A stretch of DNA of 64,000 nucleotides from IMG/VR virus record IMGVR_UViG_2863231158_000003, one strand, 5' to 3'. The notes under the pieces are model-generated. The model worked only from the letters and a program-made list of their open reading frames with translations, made no database searches and was not told the origin of the DNA. Source of the stretch: a virus (lineage: Duplodnaviria; Caudoviricetes). Positions 1-8,675 of the stretch are shown in pieces; within the stretch, counting starts at the first letter, position 1, and every line of letters starts with the position of its first letter. The translations under genes were made by a program, and so were the position numbers.

Positions 1-231
1 TCAGGCGTCCTCTACTGCGGGTGTGGCGCGCAGGTAGGCGACTGCTATCTCCTGGAAGTCCCGGTGTCCAGTGGCGGCGGCGTGCCGGAGGGCCCACTGC
101 TCGGGGCCGAGCTGGCCGGGGCTGTCGCCGGATGCGGCGGAGCAGGAAGCGCATTCGATGCGGCGTTGGAGCGGCTGCTCGGGGTCGGTGCCGAGGCTCC
201 AGTCGACGTACCGGTAGGCGGCTCGCGTCAC
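1..231 (-). CDS. Small Zn-binding protein (DUF7848-like)
   Basis: CxxC ... WALRH...GH..F pattern, divergent from a GntR gene. Confidence 0.65.
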   Translation of the reverse strand: MTRAAYRYVDWSLGTDPEQPLQRRIECASCSAASGDSPGQLGPEQWALRHAAATGHRDFQEIAVAYLRATPAVEDA

Positions 232-371
232 GGCCGGACCTCCCGCTGTCCAGCGGTCTGGCGCGCCTGGGGTTGATCTCTACGCTGGTCCATTGTCGAC
301 GCTCCGTTCGTCGGCCATGCCCCCGGGCCGTGACCGCGGTCGCGGGGGTCTGTGATGGTGATGGACCACGG

Positions 372-410
372 TACCGCTCTATACCGCTATATGGAGCACC
401 ATGCCGCTAC
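372..410. promoter_or_regulatory. Tandem TACCGCTNTA repeats, probable operator of the adjacent GntR
   Basis: taccgctcta-taccgctata (372-391) plus tgccgctac between divergent genes. Confidence 0.4.
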
Positions 411-451
411 CTGCGGTTTCAGGGTGTGACCGGCCGCTTTACGTTGACGTC

Positions 452-712
452 ATGAGTGATCAAGAGCCGGTGGTGGATCCGTCCCGGCCCGTGTACGTGT
501 ACGTGCAGGTCGCGGATCATCTGGCTGCGCGGATCGCGGCGGGCGAGATTCCCGCGGGCGCCAGGCTGGCCGGTGAGCGGGAGCTTGCGGACGAGTACCA
601 GGTCGCCATCGGTACGGCACGGCGGGCGATCCAGGAACTGCGGGACCGCGGCCTGGTGGTGACGCTGCCGTCGAAGGGCACCTACATCACGGAGCCGCCT
701 GCGGCTGGATAG
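452..712 (+). CDS. GntR-family HTH-only regulator (probably leaderless)
   Basis: YVQVADHLAARIAAGE...ERELADEYQVAIGTARRAIQELRDRGLV...GTY; TACGTT 6 nt before ATG452. Confidence 0.9.
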   Translation: MSDQEPVVDPSRPVYVYVQVADHLAARIAAGEIPAGARLAGERELADEYQVAIGTARRAIQELRDRGLVVTLPSKGTYITEPPAAG

Positions 713-745
713 CCGTGGCCGCTGTCAGACCCGGGTCGTAGGCTG

Positions 746-931
746 GTGCACATGCCCCCCTCTCCCCCATCTCGCGGCTGCGTGCGCTCTGTTGAGGAGA
801 TCAACAGGCGGATTCGTGCGTTGTGGCCGCACCGGGATGCGCGGCTGTCACGGGAGGATCGGGCCGTGTACGAGCAGCTGCTGGAGGAGTGGGCGCACGC
901 TATCCGCGAAGGCGTCGTCGAGGCGGCGTGA
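746..931 (+). CDS. Small hypothetical protein
   Basis: RSVEEINRRIRALW...YEQLLEEW; followed by a terminator. Confidence 0.6.
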   Translation: MHMPPSPPSRGCVRSVEEINRRIRALWPHRDARLSREDRAVYEQLLEEWAHAIREGVVEAA

Positions 932-941
932 CGTAGGCTGA

Positions 942-988
942 CATGCTGAAGCCCCGGCCCACTTACCCTGGGCCGGGGCTTCAGCATG
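942..988. terminator. Bidirectional terminator hairpin
   Basis: Perfect 20-bp inverted repeat catgctgaagccccggccca / tgggccggggcttcagcatg between convergent genes. Confidence 0.8.
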
Positions 989-998
989 GTCGGTATGG

Positions 999-1184
999 TC
1001 AGCGCTCTGCTTGCTCGGCCAGTGCCACAACAGCGCTCGGGTCGAGTTCCGGGCCGGGCCGATCGCCTTGGTAGTTGCCGCCACAGGAGCAGTGGGCGCC
1101 CGCGTAGATGTAGCAGTGGGTGAAGTGCGGGCCGTCAGGGAGTTCGCTGCCGTTCGTCAGCGTCTGCTGCATGAGAAAGTTCAT
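999..1184 (-). CDS. Small His/Cys-containing hypothetical protein
   Basis: H..HC......CSCG; ends at the terminator. Confidence 0.45.
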   Translation of the reverse strand: MNFLMQQTLTNGSELPDGPHFTHCYIYAGAHCSCGGNYQGDRPGPELDPSAVVALAEQAER

Positions 1185-1298
1185 GATCGAGCTGTCTTCC
1201 TACTCGGCGTGCCATTTCGTTGCCGGTTCATACCTAGCGGCTTGCAGACGGGGCCGCCGGGCGACGGGGCGCCCAGCCGCCACGGCCTTGCGAGGGCC

Positions 1299-1657
1299 CT
1301 ATTGTTCGGCGCCGATGTCGGCGACGTCTTCCTCGGTCAGGTGGTAGCGGACCATGTCGACGCGATCGATCGTCAACGCGTAGTGCGGGTGCCCGCGCTT
1401 GATCACTCGCACTACGCGTTGGCCGCCGCGACCCCGTCGAACCAGCGCGAGGCAGTCGGCGCACCACTTCTCGCCGGCTTGTCGAGCTTCAGAGGCACCT
1501 CGCGCTTGCCGCTGCTTATGACGATGCCGTCTTCGCCGCTGCATGCGATGCGCTGGAAGATGGCTTCAGGATCGGAGCCGATAGGCTTGTGCCAGATCAA
1601 CTTTTCCGTGACCGCTCCAGGGCCGGTCACTCGTTCTGAGACAGCCAGCATGGTCAT
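1299..1657 (-). pseudogene. Putative Zn-binding protein split by a 1-nt frameshift near 1476
   Basis: Frame 1 ...WHKP...IAC...LKLDKP continues naturally into frame 2 GEKWCADCLALVRR. Confidence 0.5.
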
Positions 1658-1738
1658 GTCCTCTCTATTCGGCGTGCACCGGGTCGGTCCCGGCGTGCTG
1701 GACTCGGTACGGGAACTGCAGCGGCAGCAGAGACATGG

Positions 1739-1996
1739 TCAGCCCTCCTGTGCGGCGTCAGGGAGCTGTGCACGGCCAGCGTCGGTGATGGTCAGCGGCC
1801 GCTTGAGGCCTGCTTCCGCGCCCCACTCCGCCCAGCCAGCACGCACCAGTGCGGCGGCGGTGGCGGCCGTGATCCGCTTGCCCTCGCGGTAGGCGCTGGT
1901 GTCGGCGAAGGCCCGGGAGCTGCGGTACGCCGAGCCGTCGGCGAGCAAGTGCAGCGCGGCGATCTGCGCCTGCGTCGGCTTCTTCATGGGCATCAC
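1739..1996 (-). CDS. Small winged-helix-like protein
   Basis: PTQAQIAALHLLA...TAAALVRAGWA...ITDAGR. Confidence 0.65.
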   Translation of the reverse strand: MMPMKKPTQAQIAALHLLADGSAYRSSRAFADTSAYREGKRITAATAAALVRAGWAEWGAEAGLKRPLTITDAGRAQLPDAAQEG

Positions 1997-2217
1997 TTCT
2001 CTTTGATGAGGGCGGCGAGGGTTCGGAGGTCATCCATGGTCAGGCCGGTGCGGATGCCGTCGCCGTAGATGCCGGTGGTGGCTTCCACGGCCATCCACTC
2101 GCCGGGGGTCTCAGCATGGGCGGCCAAGGTGTGGTGCAGGCGCTCCAGCGGCGTGGTGGGTGCAGGGCCGAGGCGCTCGATGGTCTCCTGCTGGATGCGG
2201 CGGTGGCTGCTGGGCAT
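1993..2217 (-). CDS. Hypothetical protein
   Basis: ORF with GGAG upstream; stop overlaps the next start. Confidence 0.6.
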   Translation of the reverse strand: MPSSHRRIQQETIERLGPAPTTPLERLHHTLAAHAETPGEWMAVEATTGIYGDGIRTGLTMDDLRTLAALIKEK

Positions 2218-2317
2218 GATCAGCTCTCCTCGGTGACGTCGGTGATTTCGAAGCTGAAGGCGCATCGTCAGCGTGTACGCCTTCATGGTCGCTCCTCTTT
2301 GCCGGGCTACAGCCTAT

Positions 2318-2368
2318 TGGTGGCTTGCCACCAAGATGACAGATCCTTTGACTGGTGGCAAGCCACCT
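2318..2368. promoter_or_regulatory. Two palindromic operators TGGTGGC-N2-GCCACC(A/T)
   Basis: tggtggcTTgccacca (2318-2333) and tggtggcAAgccacct (2353-2368) between divergent genes. Confidence 0.7.
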
Positions 2369-2382
2369 GAGAAGATGCACTC

Positions 2383-2604
2383 ATGCCCACCCCCGAAGAA
2401 CGCCGCAAGCAACACCGACACCGCCATAAGCAACGCGTTCTACGCGGCATCAGCGACGAGCTCTGGGGCTCGTTCGCCGCCGCCATCCCAGCTGACAGCG
2501 ACCGCTCCGCCGAGGTCCGCCAGTTCATCGAGTGGTACGTCCGGCGCCCCGGCGCCGAGCTCCCCAAGCGCGCCGAAGCCGGGCCGGACGACGAGATCAC
2601 TTAA
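2383..2604 (+). CDS. Ribbon-helix-helix-like regulator
   Basis: QRVLRGISDELWGSF...RSAEVRQFIEWY (beta-helix-helix pattern). Confidence 0.65.
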   Translation: MPTPEERRKQHRHRHKQRVLRGISDELWGSFAAAIPADSDRSAEVRQFIEWYVRRPGAELPKRAEAGPDDEIT

Positions 2605-2615
2605 GATTCAACAAC

Positions 2616-2828
2616 GTGGCTGACTTCAACATCCCCGACGACTTGATCGAGCTGGAACGTTCCGCCTGGGAGCAGATCCAGGCCGGGACGCTGACCGTGG
2701 AGACCGCGCAGGCAGTGCAGCAGCGGATCACGGAGGTCGCCGCCGAGACCGGACAGCCGCGCAACGACGTCGAAATTCAGGTCAAGCGGATCGTCCGGAA
2801 CCCGGAGCTGGAGGACGGCACCACTTGA
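2616..2828 (+). CDS. Hypothetical protein
   Basis: GTG start, ADFNIPDDLIELERSAWEQIQAG. Confidence 0.6.
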   Translation: MADFNIPDDLIELERSAWEQIQAGTLTVETAQAVQQRITEVAAETGQPRNDVEIQVKRIVRNPELEDGTT

Positions 2829-2859
2829 TCACTCTGCGCAAAGTGATCACAGAGGGTTC

Positions 2860-3285
2860 TTACAGGCGCCACTCTTCGCGGTAGCCCGGCCGACCAGCGT
2901 AGGGCAGGGCGAGCAGGCAGAGAACGCCATGCAGTACGTCGCGCTGATGGATGGCCGTTTCCTGCTTCATCGTCGCCATGAGATCGTCCTGCCCCTCGGC
3001 TCGCAGCCGGGCAACGAGAGTAGTGAGCTCCTCCACACGCTTGGCAGCCGTGGCGTGCGCCGCAATCACCTTGCGCTTGGCATCGATTTCGCGCAGCACC
3101 CGTGCCGGATCGTGCCGCTCTGCGTGCTCCAGTTCCACGGGGCGCAGGAGGGATGCGTCGCCCGCTTCCTCATCGTCGAGCGGCCGCGCAAGCCTCCATT
3201 CCGAGCTGCGCCCTGCCGCTCTCTTGGCGATCCGCTCGTCCTCGTTGAGCTGGTCGCGCAGCCACTGCGCCGGGTTGTCGCTCAC
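2860..3285 (-). CDS. DUF6221-family phage protein
   Basis: WLRDQLNEDERIA...RHDPARVLREIDAKR...LALPYAGRPGYREEW. Confidence 0.8.
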   Translation of the reverse strand: MSDNPAQWLRDQLNEDERIAKRAAGRSSEWRLARPLDDEEAGDASLLRPVELEHAERHDPARVLREIDAKRKVIAAHATAAKRVEELTTLVARLRAEGQDDLMATMKQETAIHQRDVLHGVLCLLALPYAGRPGYREEWRL

Positions 3286-3512
3286 GGGCGTTCCTCGATC
3301 AGGCCGCGTGACTGGCCGACGGCGCGTCCCAGGCGGACGGTCAGCTTCCACTCGCCCAGGCCGTCGGAGAGGTCGGGATCGCTCGGCTCGATCCACCCGA
3401 ACTGTGTGGTCGTCCGCGTGCGGCTGCCGTCGGACTCCATGAACTTGATCGTCGCTTCACCCAGTTCGTTCCAGGTGATCTCGACTTCGCGTACCTCGGT
3501 CTCAGGCTCCAC
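3282..3512 (-). CDS. Hypothetical protein
   Basis: ORF coupled to the DUF6221 gene (GTGA overlap). Confidence 0.55.
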   Translation of the reverse strand: MEPETEVREVEITWNELGEATIKFMESDGSRTRTTTQFGWIEPSDPDLSDGLGEWKLTVRLGRAVGQSRGLIEERP

Positions 3513-3693
3513 GGCCCCTCCAAGTCGTGCGCCTCGCCCGGGTATCACTCCGGGCGAGGCGTTGCGCTGCAGCCAGCATGCGCGGATATCGATGCCCTCA
3601 CGGTAGCGGCCACTACTGACAACACCGCCGGCCCCGGCGACGGGGCGGTGAGGCCAGCGGCGTTCGAGTGGGCGAGCGGGGCTCCGTCGCTGC

Positions 3694-3921
3694 TCATTCC
3701 GTATGGTCGGCGGCTTCGGATGCGGTCGGCGGCCAGGTTTTCAGGACCCGGTAGGAGTCGCCGCGGCGTTCGGCGAGTTCGACGGTGCTCCCTGGGCGGC
3801 CATGCTTTCCGATCACTGCGGAGTACTTGGTCGTCGCGGTGGCGAGGCTGCCCCACCAGCCGATCAGGGTGGGTTTTCCGCTGGTGGTGAGGGTGACACG
3901 GTATCTGTCTGGGTCGTTCAC
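3694..3921 (-). CDS. Hypothetical protein
   Basis: DRYRVTLT...GWW...A...Y...G...V.LAE...LKTWP. Confidence 0.6.
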   Translation of the reverse strand: MNDPDRYRVTLTTSGKPTLIGWWGSLATATTKYSAVIGKHGRPGSTVELAERRGDSYRVLKTWPPTASEAADHTE

Positions 3922-3947
3922 GGGTGCAGTGTAGATCCAGCCACGCC

Positions 3948-3968
3948 TATAATCGAACACATGCACGA
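3948..3968 (+). promoter_or_regulatory. TATAAT -10 box overlapping a LexA/SOS-like box at a leaderless start
   Basis: TATAAT 3948-3953; TCGAACacatGCACGA 3953-3968 vs actinobacterial TCGAAC-N4-GTTCGA; ATG at 3961. Confidence 0.6.
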
Positions 3969-4305
3969 CACTGCTCCTGAGTCACCCCGCCTCACCGCGC
4001 TCCGCTTCCTCGAACGCGTCCAGGTCGGCGATCTCGAGCGCACCCGGCGATGGATCGCGGCCGAAGAACAACGCGAGACCGAACGCGCCCGCGGGGCCGC
4101 CGCCCGGCCGCCGACCCCGGACTGGCTGCTGGAGACCGGCGTCGGCCGCGACAGACTCCCCGTGTACGTGCACGTCGGCGGCTGTCACATGGCTGGCAAG
4201 CGCAGCAAGGGCGTCGACCGCGGCGAAGCGCTGCACAAGCTCGCCGAGGGCGTAGAAGCGTGTCCGCACTGCCGACCCGACAAGGAGCTCGGGTTCCTGG
4301 AGTAG
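3961..4305 (+). CDS. DUF6233-domain protein
   Basis: PPTPDWLLE...VHVGGCHMAGKR...ACPHCRPDKELG. Confidence 0.8.
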   Translation: MHDTAPESPRLTALRFLERVQVGDLERTRRWIAAEEQRETERARGAAARPPTPDWLLETGVGRDRLPVYVHVGGCHMAGKRSKGVDRGEALHKLAEGVEACPHCRPDKELGFLE

Positions 4306-4346
4306 CCCAGCAGGCGTCGCCGCGCAGCTGGCCGGAGGCTGGCTAT

Positions 4347-5237
4347 GTGCTCCCCTTCCCTGTCCGTGTCGCGCTTGCCGAGCCGGTCACCGACCTGCCG
4401 CACGGCGAGTACGCATTCGAGTGGAAACTCGACGGGCACCGGCTACTCCTCGCAAGCACTGAGGTGGGCCCGCTCGTCCAGGCCGGGCGTTCCGGCCGCA
4501 ACATCACCGGCCTCTTTCCCGACCTTGCCGCGGTCGCCGAGCGGCTCGAGGTCGGCACGGTCCTCGACGGTGAAGGCGTCGTCCACAATGACGGCCGCAT
4601 CGACTTCGGGGCCATGCAGTCCCGGGCCCTCGCCGCCCCACGCCGCGCCGCCGACCTCGCCCACCGGCTGCCCGCGCACTTCGTTGCCTTCGACGTGATC
4701 GTCGACCGCGGGCAGGACCGGCGAGGCTGGCCGTATCACCGGCGCAGGGCGCTCCTTGAGGACCTCGTCGCCCCCATCGGCCCACCCCTGCAGGTCGTGC
4801 CGATGACGCGGGACCGGGCACAGGCCCTCGCATGGCTGGCGGATGAGGACCTGGCCGCGGCCGGAGTGGAGGGCGTGCTCGCCAAGCCATGGACGCAGGC
4901 CTACCCGGGAGGGCGCCGCGGCTGGCTGAAGCTGAGACCGTCAGCGCCTCGGGATGCTGTGGCCGTCGGCTACACCGGCCGGGCACGGGCGCCGGCCCGG
5001 CTCATCATCGATTTCGGCGACCATCTGGCGCTGTCCACGCCGCTCAGCGTCGAGCTCCGCCACCACCTGGCACAGGCCCTCCAGGCGAGCACCAGCAGAC
5101 GCCCGGAGACGGCGCGACTGGAGGACGGGACCGAGTACTGGCAGCTGCCCCAGCCCCTGTCCGTAGAGGTCGACCATGGCACGACACGGCACGCGGCAAC
5201 CACCGTGCGCCGACTCCGCCCCGACCTCGCCGACTAG
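4347..5237 (+). CDS. ATP-dependent DNA ligase (LigC/LigD-type core)
   Basis: EWKLDGHR (motif I), LDGE, AFD, EGVLAK, WLKLR. Confidence 0.9.
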   Translation: MLPFPVRVALAEPVTDLPHGEYAFEWKLDGHRLLLASTEVGPLVQAGRSGRNITGLFPDLAAVAERLEVGTVLDGEGVVHNDGRIDFGAMQSRALAAPRRAADLAHRLPAHFVAFDVIVDRGQDRRGWPYHRRRALLEDLVAPIGPPLQVVPMTRDRAQALAWLADEDLAAAGVEGVLAKPWTQAYPGGRRGWLKLRPSAPRDAVAVGYTGRARAPARLIIDFGDHLALSTPLSVELRHHLAQALQASTSRRPETARLEDGTEYWQLPQPLSVEVDHGTTRHAATTVRRLRPDLAD

Positions 5238-5281
5238 ACAGCCATCCGTCGATTGTCAGTGCCACCAGCGATGATGCCCTC

Positions 5282-5455
5282 ATGACCACCACCACGATGA
5301 TCAGCTACAAGCTCGACTGGACCGACCCCGACGGCACCACCCACACCGCCGTCGCCAGCTACGACAAACCCAGCGCCAAGCACCGGCAGAAGGAACTCGA
5401 AGCCGACGGCTGCACAGCGGTGACCATCAGACAGGTCAAACCCGGCGAGCTCTGA
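5282..5455 (+). CDS. Small hypothetical protein
   Basis: YKLDWTDPDG...ASYDKPSA...VKPGEL. Confidence 0.55.
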   Translation: MTTTTMISYKLDWTDPDGTTHTAVASYDKPSAKHRQKELEADGCTAVTIRQVKPGEL

Positions 5456-5456
5456 C

Positions 5457-5493
5457 ACGCGTGAGCTCGCCTCGCTTCGGGGCGGGCACGCGT
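5457..5493. terminator. Hairpin between convergent genes
   Basis: acgcgtg...cacgcgt outer stem with inner GC stem. Confidence 0.5.
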
Positions 5494-5499
5494 CGGACG

Positions 5500-6525
5500 T
5501 CAAAGCCCGATGTCCTCGGATGCGGCGTCGGTCCATTTGTCGGCTTCGCGGATGTAGCCCCAGAAGGCGGGGCTGTTCTCGGCGTGACCGGACTGGGCAC
5601 GGATCTTCTCTTCGCGCTTGCCTGCCTTGCGGCTGGTGGTGATGAATCCGGATCGCATGGAGTGTCCGGTGAGGCGGACGGCGACGCCTGCGCGTTCGGC
5701 ATTGCGGGCGATGATCTCGCGGCAGGCTTCAGCGGACAGGGCATGGTCGCCCATGTGCCCCCAGACGTCGATGGGTAGGAAGGCGGGCCCGGTGGTGATC
5801 CCAGATGCCGCACGCCAGGTGAGCCAAGCGCGGACGGGGCAGGTGTCGGCGCTCTTGCCGTAGCTGACAACGACGTCCCGGGGCGGGCGACCCTTCACGG
5901 CGGGGACGTGGACTTCGAGTCCTTGGCTTACGAGGCCGATGCCGTCATCCCTGAGGGCGGCGACTTCGGCGGAGCGTCCGGCGATAGCGAAGGCCATGAG
6001 CCAGAGGGCTCGGTCGCGGAGTCCGGTGAGTCCGTCGGCGACGGCGGCGTTCATCTGCCGCAGCTGCTCCGGCGTGACGGCGGCTGCTTTACCGCGCCCG
6101 CGCGCCATGCGTTCGGGGTCGTTCTTCATCGGCTTGAGCGCTTGCCGGGCTGCGACGGTGGCGGCCTTGGGGACCTCGACGCCGAGCCCGCGTGCGGTGA
6201 CGGTGACGCCGGTGATCCTGCGGTCGATGGACGTCGGTGCGGCGAGTTTGATCGTGTCGAGCCAGACGACGAAGCCGACGAGGGTGCCTTTGGTGACGTC
6301 GGTCAGGGCGATGCGGTGGCCGGTCTGTTCGGTGAGCCAGTCGTGGAATTCGGTCCAGAGGTTCCAGTCGTTGGCGTAGCCGCGTTTCGTGTTGTGTGGG
6401 CGGATGGCGTCGAGGTGTTGTTCGGCGGCCTGCTCCATCGCGGCGAGGACGGCGAGGGTTGCGGCGTCGCGGACGGCGGGGACGGCGGGGGCGGCGTCCG
6501 GCTGCTGCGGAACGAGGTCGGTCAC
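5500..6525 (-). CDS. Cre-like tyrosine recombinase
   Basis: RDRAL...GRSAE (R), K, HSMR (HxxR), SGH, GY; N-terminal NTKRGY..DW domain. Confidence 0.9.
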   Translation of the reverse strand: MTDLVPQQPDAAPAVPAVRDAATLAVLAAMEQAAEQHLDAIRPHNTKRGYANDWNLWTEFHDWLTEQTGHRIALTDVTKGTLVGFVVWLDTIKLAAPTSIDRRITGVTVTARGLGVEVPKAATVAARQALKPMKNDPERMARGRGKAAAVTPEQLRQMNAAVADGLTGLRDRALWLMAFAIAGRSAEVAALRDDGIGLVSQGLEVHVPAVKGRPPRDVVVSYGKSADTCPVRAWLTWRAASGITTGPAFLPIDVWGHMGDHALSAEACREIIARNAERAGVAVRLTGHSMRSGFITTSRKAGKREEKIRAQSGHAENSPAFWGYIREADKWTDAASEDIGL

Positions 6526-6797
6526 GGCTGGTACTCCTCGACCACGCCGAGGATGGCAGTGAGCTGCTGCCGGTGCCCGCACGGGAACTCGCCGATGCCG
6601 CAGGCGCACACGGTGGCCGCTCGCCAAAGATCTTCACCCGTCACGGGGTCCTTGCGTATGCCGCCCGTGACCCACGTCAGTACGGGGCGGTGCCAACTGA
6701 GGGCCAGCCGGGCGACATCTTTCAGCTGGCTGACGCCGTCGGGGCGCTTCTCCGCGCGGGCGATGAGATCCGACAGCGGGTCGTAGGGCTCCGTCAC
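6522..6797 (-). CDS. Hypothetical Zn-ribbon-like protein
   Basis: H.P...CACG...FPC; coupled to the recombinase. Confidence 0.6.
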   Translation of the reverse strand: MTEPYDPLSDLIARAEKRPDGVSQLKDVARLALSWHRPVLTWVTGGIRKDPVTGEDLWRAATVCACGIGEFPCGHRQQLTAILGVVEEYQP

Positions 6798-6798
6798 G

Positions 6799-7185
6799 TC
6801 AGCTCGCCTTCCGTCGGTCTTCAAGGCGCGGTATGTCGAGTGCTTGGTGGTCCGCCCGGTCCGCTGCGGCGAGCAGCGCCATCGCGAGCTGCCGCGCATC
6901 GGAGGCGTACAGCGGAACGAAGTCAATGCCGGGATACATCGACTCGGGGGTGGAGACGTACACCAAGCCGTCGGCGGTGTTCTGCTCGTCAACGGTGCGG
7001 ATCACCCACACCTTCTCCTTGGTGCCGCCCTGTGGCGTCATCTCACGCAGATCCCACTCATGGCCGGGCCACTGATGATCGGGGGGATTGATGCGGGTCG
7101 GCTTGGGGCGCTCGGCACTGCCAGCCATGGACGTGAGGCGCTGAAGTTCGCGGCGGATCTCTCCGAGTGTCAGGTCGTCAGCCAT
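6799..7185 (-). CDS. Hypothetical protein
   Basis: 128-aa ORF ending ARQLAMALLAAADRAD. Confidence 0.6.
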   Translation of the reverse strand: MADDLTLGEIRRELQRLTSMAGSAERPKPTRINPPDHQWPGHEWDLREMTPQGGTKEKVWVIRTVDEQNTADGLVYVSTPESMYPGIDFVPLYASDARQLAMALLAAADRADHQALDIPRLEDRRKAS

Positions 7186-7207
7186 AGCTAATTGTACCGT
7201 TTTTTCG

Positions 7208-7233
7208 CCCGCGATATAGCATGTTATCGAGAG
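7208..7233. other. Candidate lox/dif-like recombination site
   Basis: cccgcgatat-agcatg-ttatcgagag: imperfect inverted arms with 6-bp spacer upstream of the recombinase operon. Confidence 0.45.
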
Positions 7234-7268
7234 TCATCCATGGTCAACTCCTAGCGCTTCAGGGAACG

Positions 7269-7454
7269 TTATGCGCTAGCTTCCTCGCTGTTCTCCCTCG
7301 CCTTCCGCGCCAGGACCCTGTCGACCGCGGGTGCGAGGATGCGCCGGAGCCAGTCGATGAGTTCGGGTGACGGCTCAGGTGCTTGGGCTACGCGGGCGTG
7401 GATGTGGGCGATGCAGTCGTCGCCGAGGATGCGACGGCGTTCTTCGGGGGTCAT
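7269..7454 (-). CDS. Small phage protein
   Basis: MTPEERRRILGDD...APEPSPELIDWLRRIL. Confidence 0.65.
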   Translation of the reverse strand: MTPEERRRILGDDCIAHIHARVAQAPEPSPELIDWLRRILAPAVDRVLARKARENSEEASA

Positions 7455-7546
7455 GCCCGGCTATCGATGCGGGCCGAAGGAGGACACGATGCGCCTGTGG
7501 ACGGTGCTGTGGATTTCCGGCTTGACGGCGTCGGTAGGTTCGCGGC

Positions 7547-7825
7547 ATGAGCGCGTACCGAGGAACTGTGATCCTTCTGCTGGACGGCGACGAGAGGCCT
7601 GCCGCGGCAGGCGACTTGCGTAGGGACGAGGCCGGTTCGTGGGGTGGCAGCCTCGCGTTCCCCGTCGAGGCGCGGACGCCGCATCTGCTGAACCTGACCG
7701 AGGGGCGGCTGTCGATCCGCGGCCAGGAGGGTTCGTTCGTGCGCCCGGACACGTCGGACTGGGTGAACTCCCCCACCGGCCAGTTCCGCATCCGGATCGA
7801 GGGCAGCGGCGACGCCCCGTTCTGA
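7547..7825 (+). CDS. Hypothetical protein (DUF4873-like), probably leaderless
   Basis: YRGTVIL...WGGSL...IEGSGDAPF; TAGGTT 6 nt before ATG. Confidence 0.6.
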   Translation: MSAYRGTVILLLDGDERPAAAGDLRRDEAGSWGGSLAFPVEARTPHLLNLTEGRLSIRGQEGSFVRPDTSDWVNSPTGQFRIRIEGSGDAPF

Positions 7826-7834
7826 GCAAGGGAA

Positions 7835-7862
7835 AACCCCGCCCCTGCGAGGGGGCGGGGTG
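7835..7862. terminator. GC hairpin terminator
   Basis: accccgcccc-tgcgag-ggggcggggt. Confidence 0.6.
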
Positions 7863-8115
7863 GGTTGCGCGGGCTCCGAGAGCCTTGACCGTCGAGCGGT
7901 TCCGGCGTGCGCGCCCTGCCGTGCTTCAACTGTACGGCCAGATCCTCAACAAGTGGCCCTGGTTCCCCAACTGAACGGCGTCGTCGACAACGCCGGAGGG
8001 CCGTCGCCCGTCGGCTCCGGCCCTCCTATCCACTAGCCGCACGCGCGCACCGGGCGGTGGATACGTCCCGCGCGCGGGCTTTACAGGCCAGCGGCTGCAG
8101 CCAGGATACGACGAA

Positions 8116-8149
8116 GCGCCCCGCCGCCTGCCGAAGCAGGGGCGGGGCG
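8116..8149 (-). terminator. Terminator at the end of the late/lysis operon
   Basis: cgccccgcc...cctgccgaagcagg...ggcggggcg. Confidence 0.6.
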
Positions 8150-8152
8150 ACG

Positions 8153-8329
8153 TCAGTTGGAGGCGGCTTCCTCAGCAGCGCCCACGGCCAGCTCCGTCGC
8201 CGGTGGGGCGGGGGGCGATATGGGTGCGGGTTCGGGGGGTGGTTCGGTGAGGCCGAGGTCGACGAGGGAGCCGAGGTCGGCGGCCGTGTTGTCGCGGCGG
8301 CGGGCCAGTGGCCGCGGGGGCTCGGGCAT
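8153..8329 (-). CDS. 58-aa Pro-rich protein (not in ORF track)
   Basis: MPEPPRPLARRRDNTAADLGSLVDLG...; TGGAG upstream. Confidence 0.5.
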   Translation of the reverse strand: MPEPPRPLARRRDNTAADLGSLVDLGLTEPPPEPAPISPPAPPATELAVGAAEEAASN

Positions 8330-8342
8330 CGCACTCCAGTTC

Positions 8343-8675
8343 TCACACGTCGATGTGGTCGAGGTAGGGGCGGGCCCGCTCCGGGATCGGTTTCGCCAGT
8401 GGGGGATCGAGTCCGGCCTTACGGATGGTTCGGACGAGGCTGCGGCGGTCGACGACGAGCCAGGAGATCGCCGCCCCCTGCCCGGTGATCTGGTCCTGCT
8501 GCTCGCGCTGGCGGCCTTCCAGCCGCTCGATGTCCCGGTCCATCCGATTGGTGACCACAGTGAAATCGTCGCGGCGTTCCTGGCGTGGTGTCCGGCGGGC
8601 CGCGCGGGCTGCCCAGAGCCCGCAGATACCGGTCACTGCGGTGACCACTACTGATGCGATCGTTTCAGTGCCCAT
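8343..8675 (-). CDS. Lysis-cassette membrane-anchored coiled-coil protein
   Basis: N-terminal TM helix followed by coiled coil. Confidence 0.7.
   Translation of the reverse strand: MGTETIASVVVTAVTGICGLWAARAARRTPRQERRDDFTVVTNRMDRDIERLEGRQREQQDQITGQGAAISWLVVDRRSLVRTIRKAGLDPPLAKPIPERARPYLDHIDV

Noticed and set aside
5500-6525. Recombinase as a marker of the prophage boundary
   Set aside because: Phage-type genes continue on both sides; no tRNA or att duplication seen
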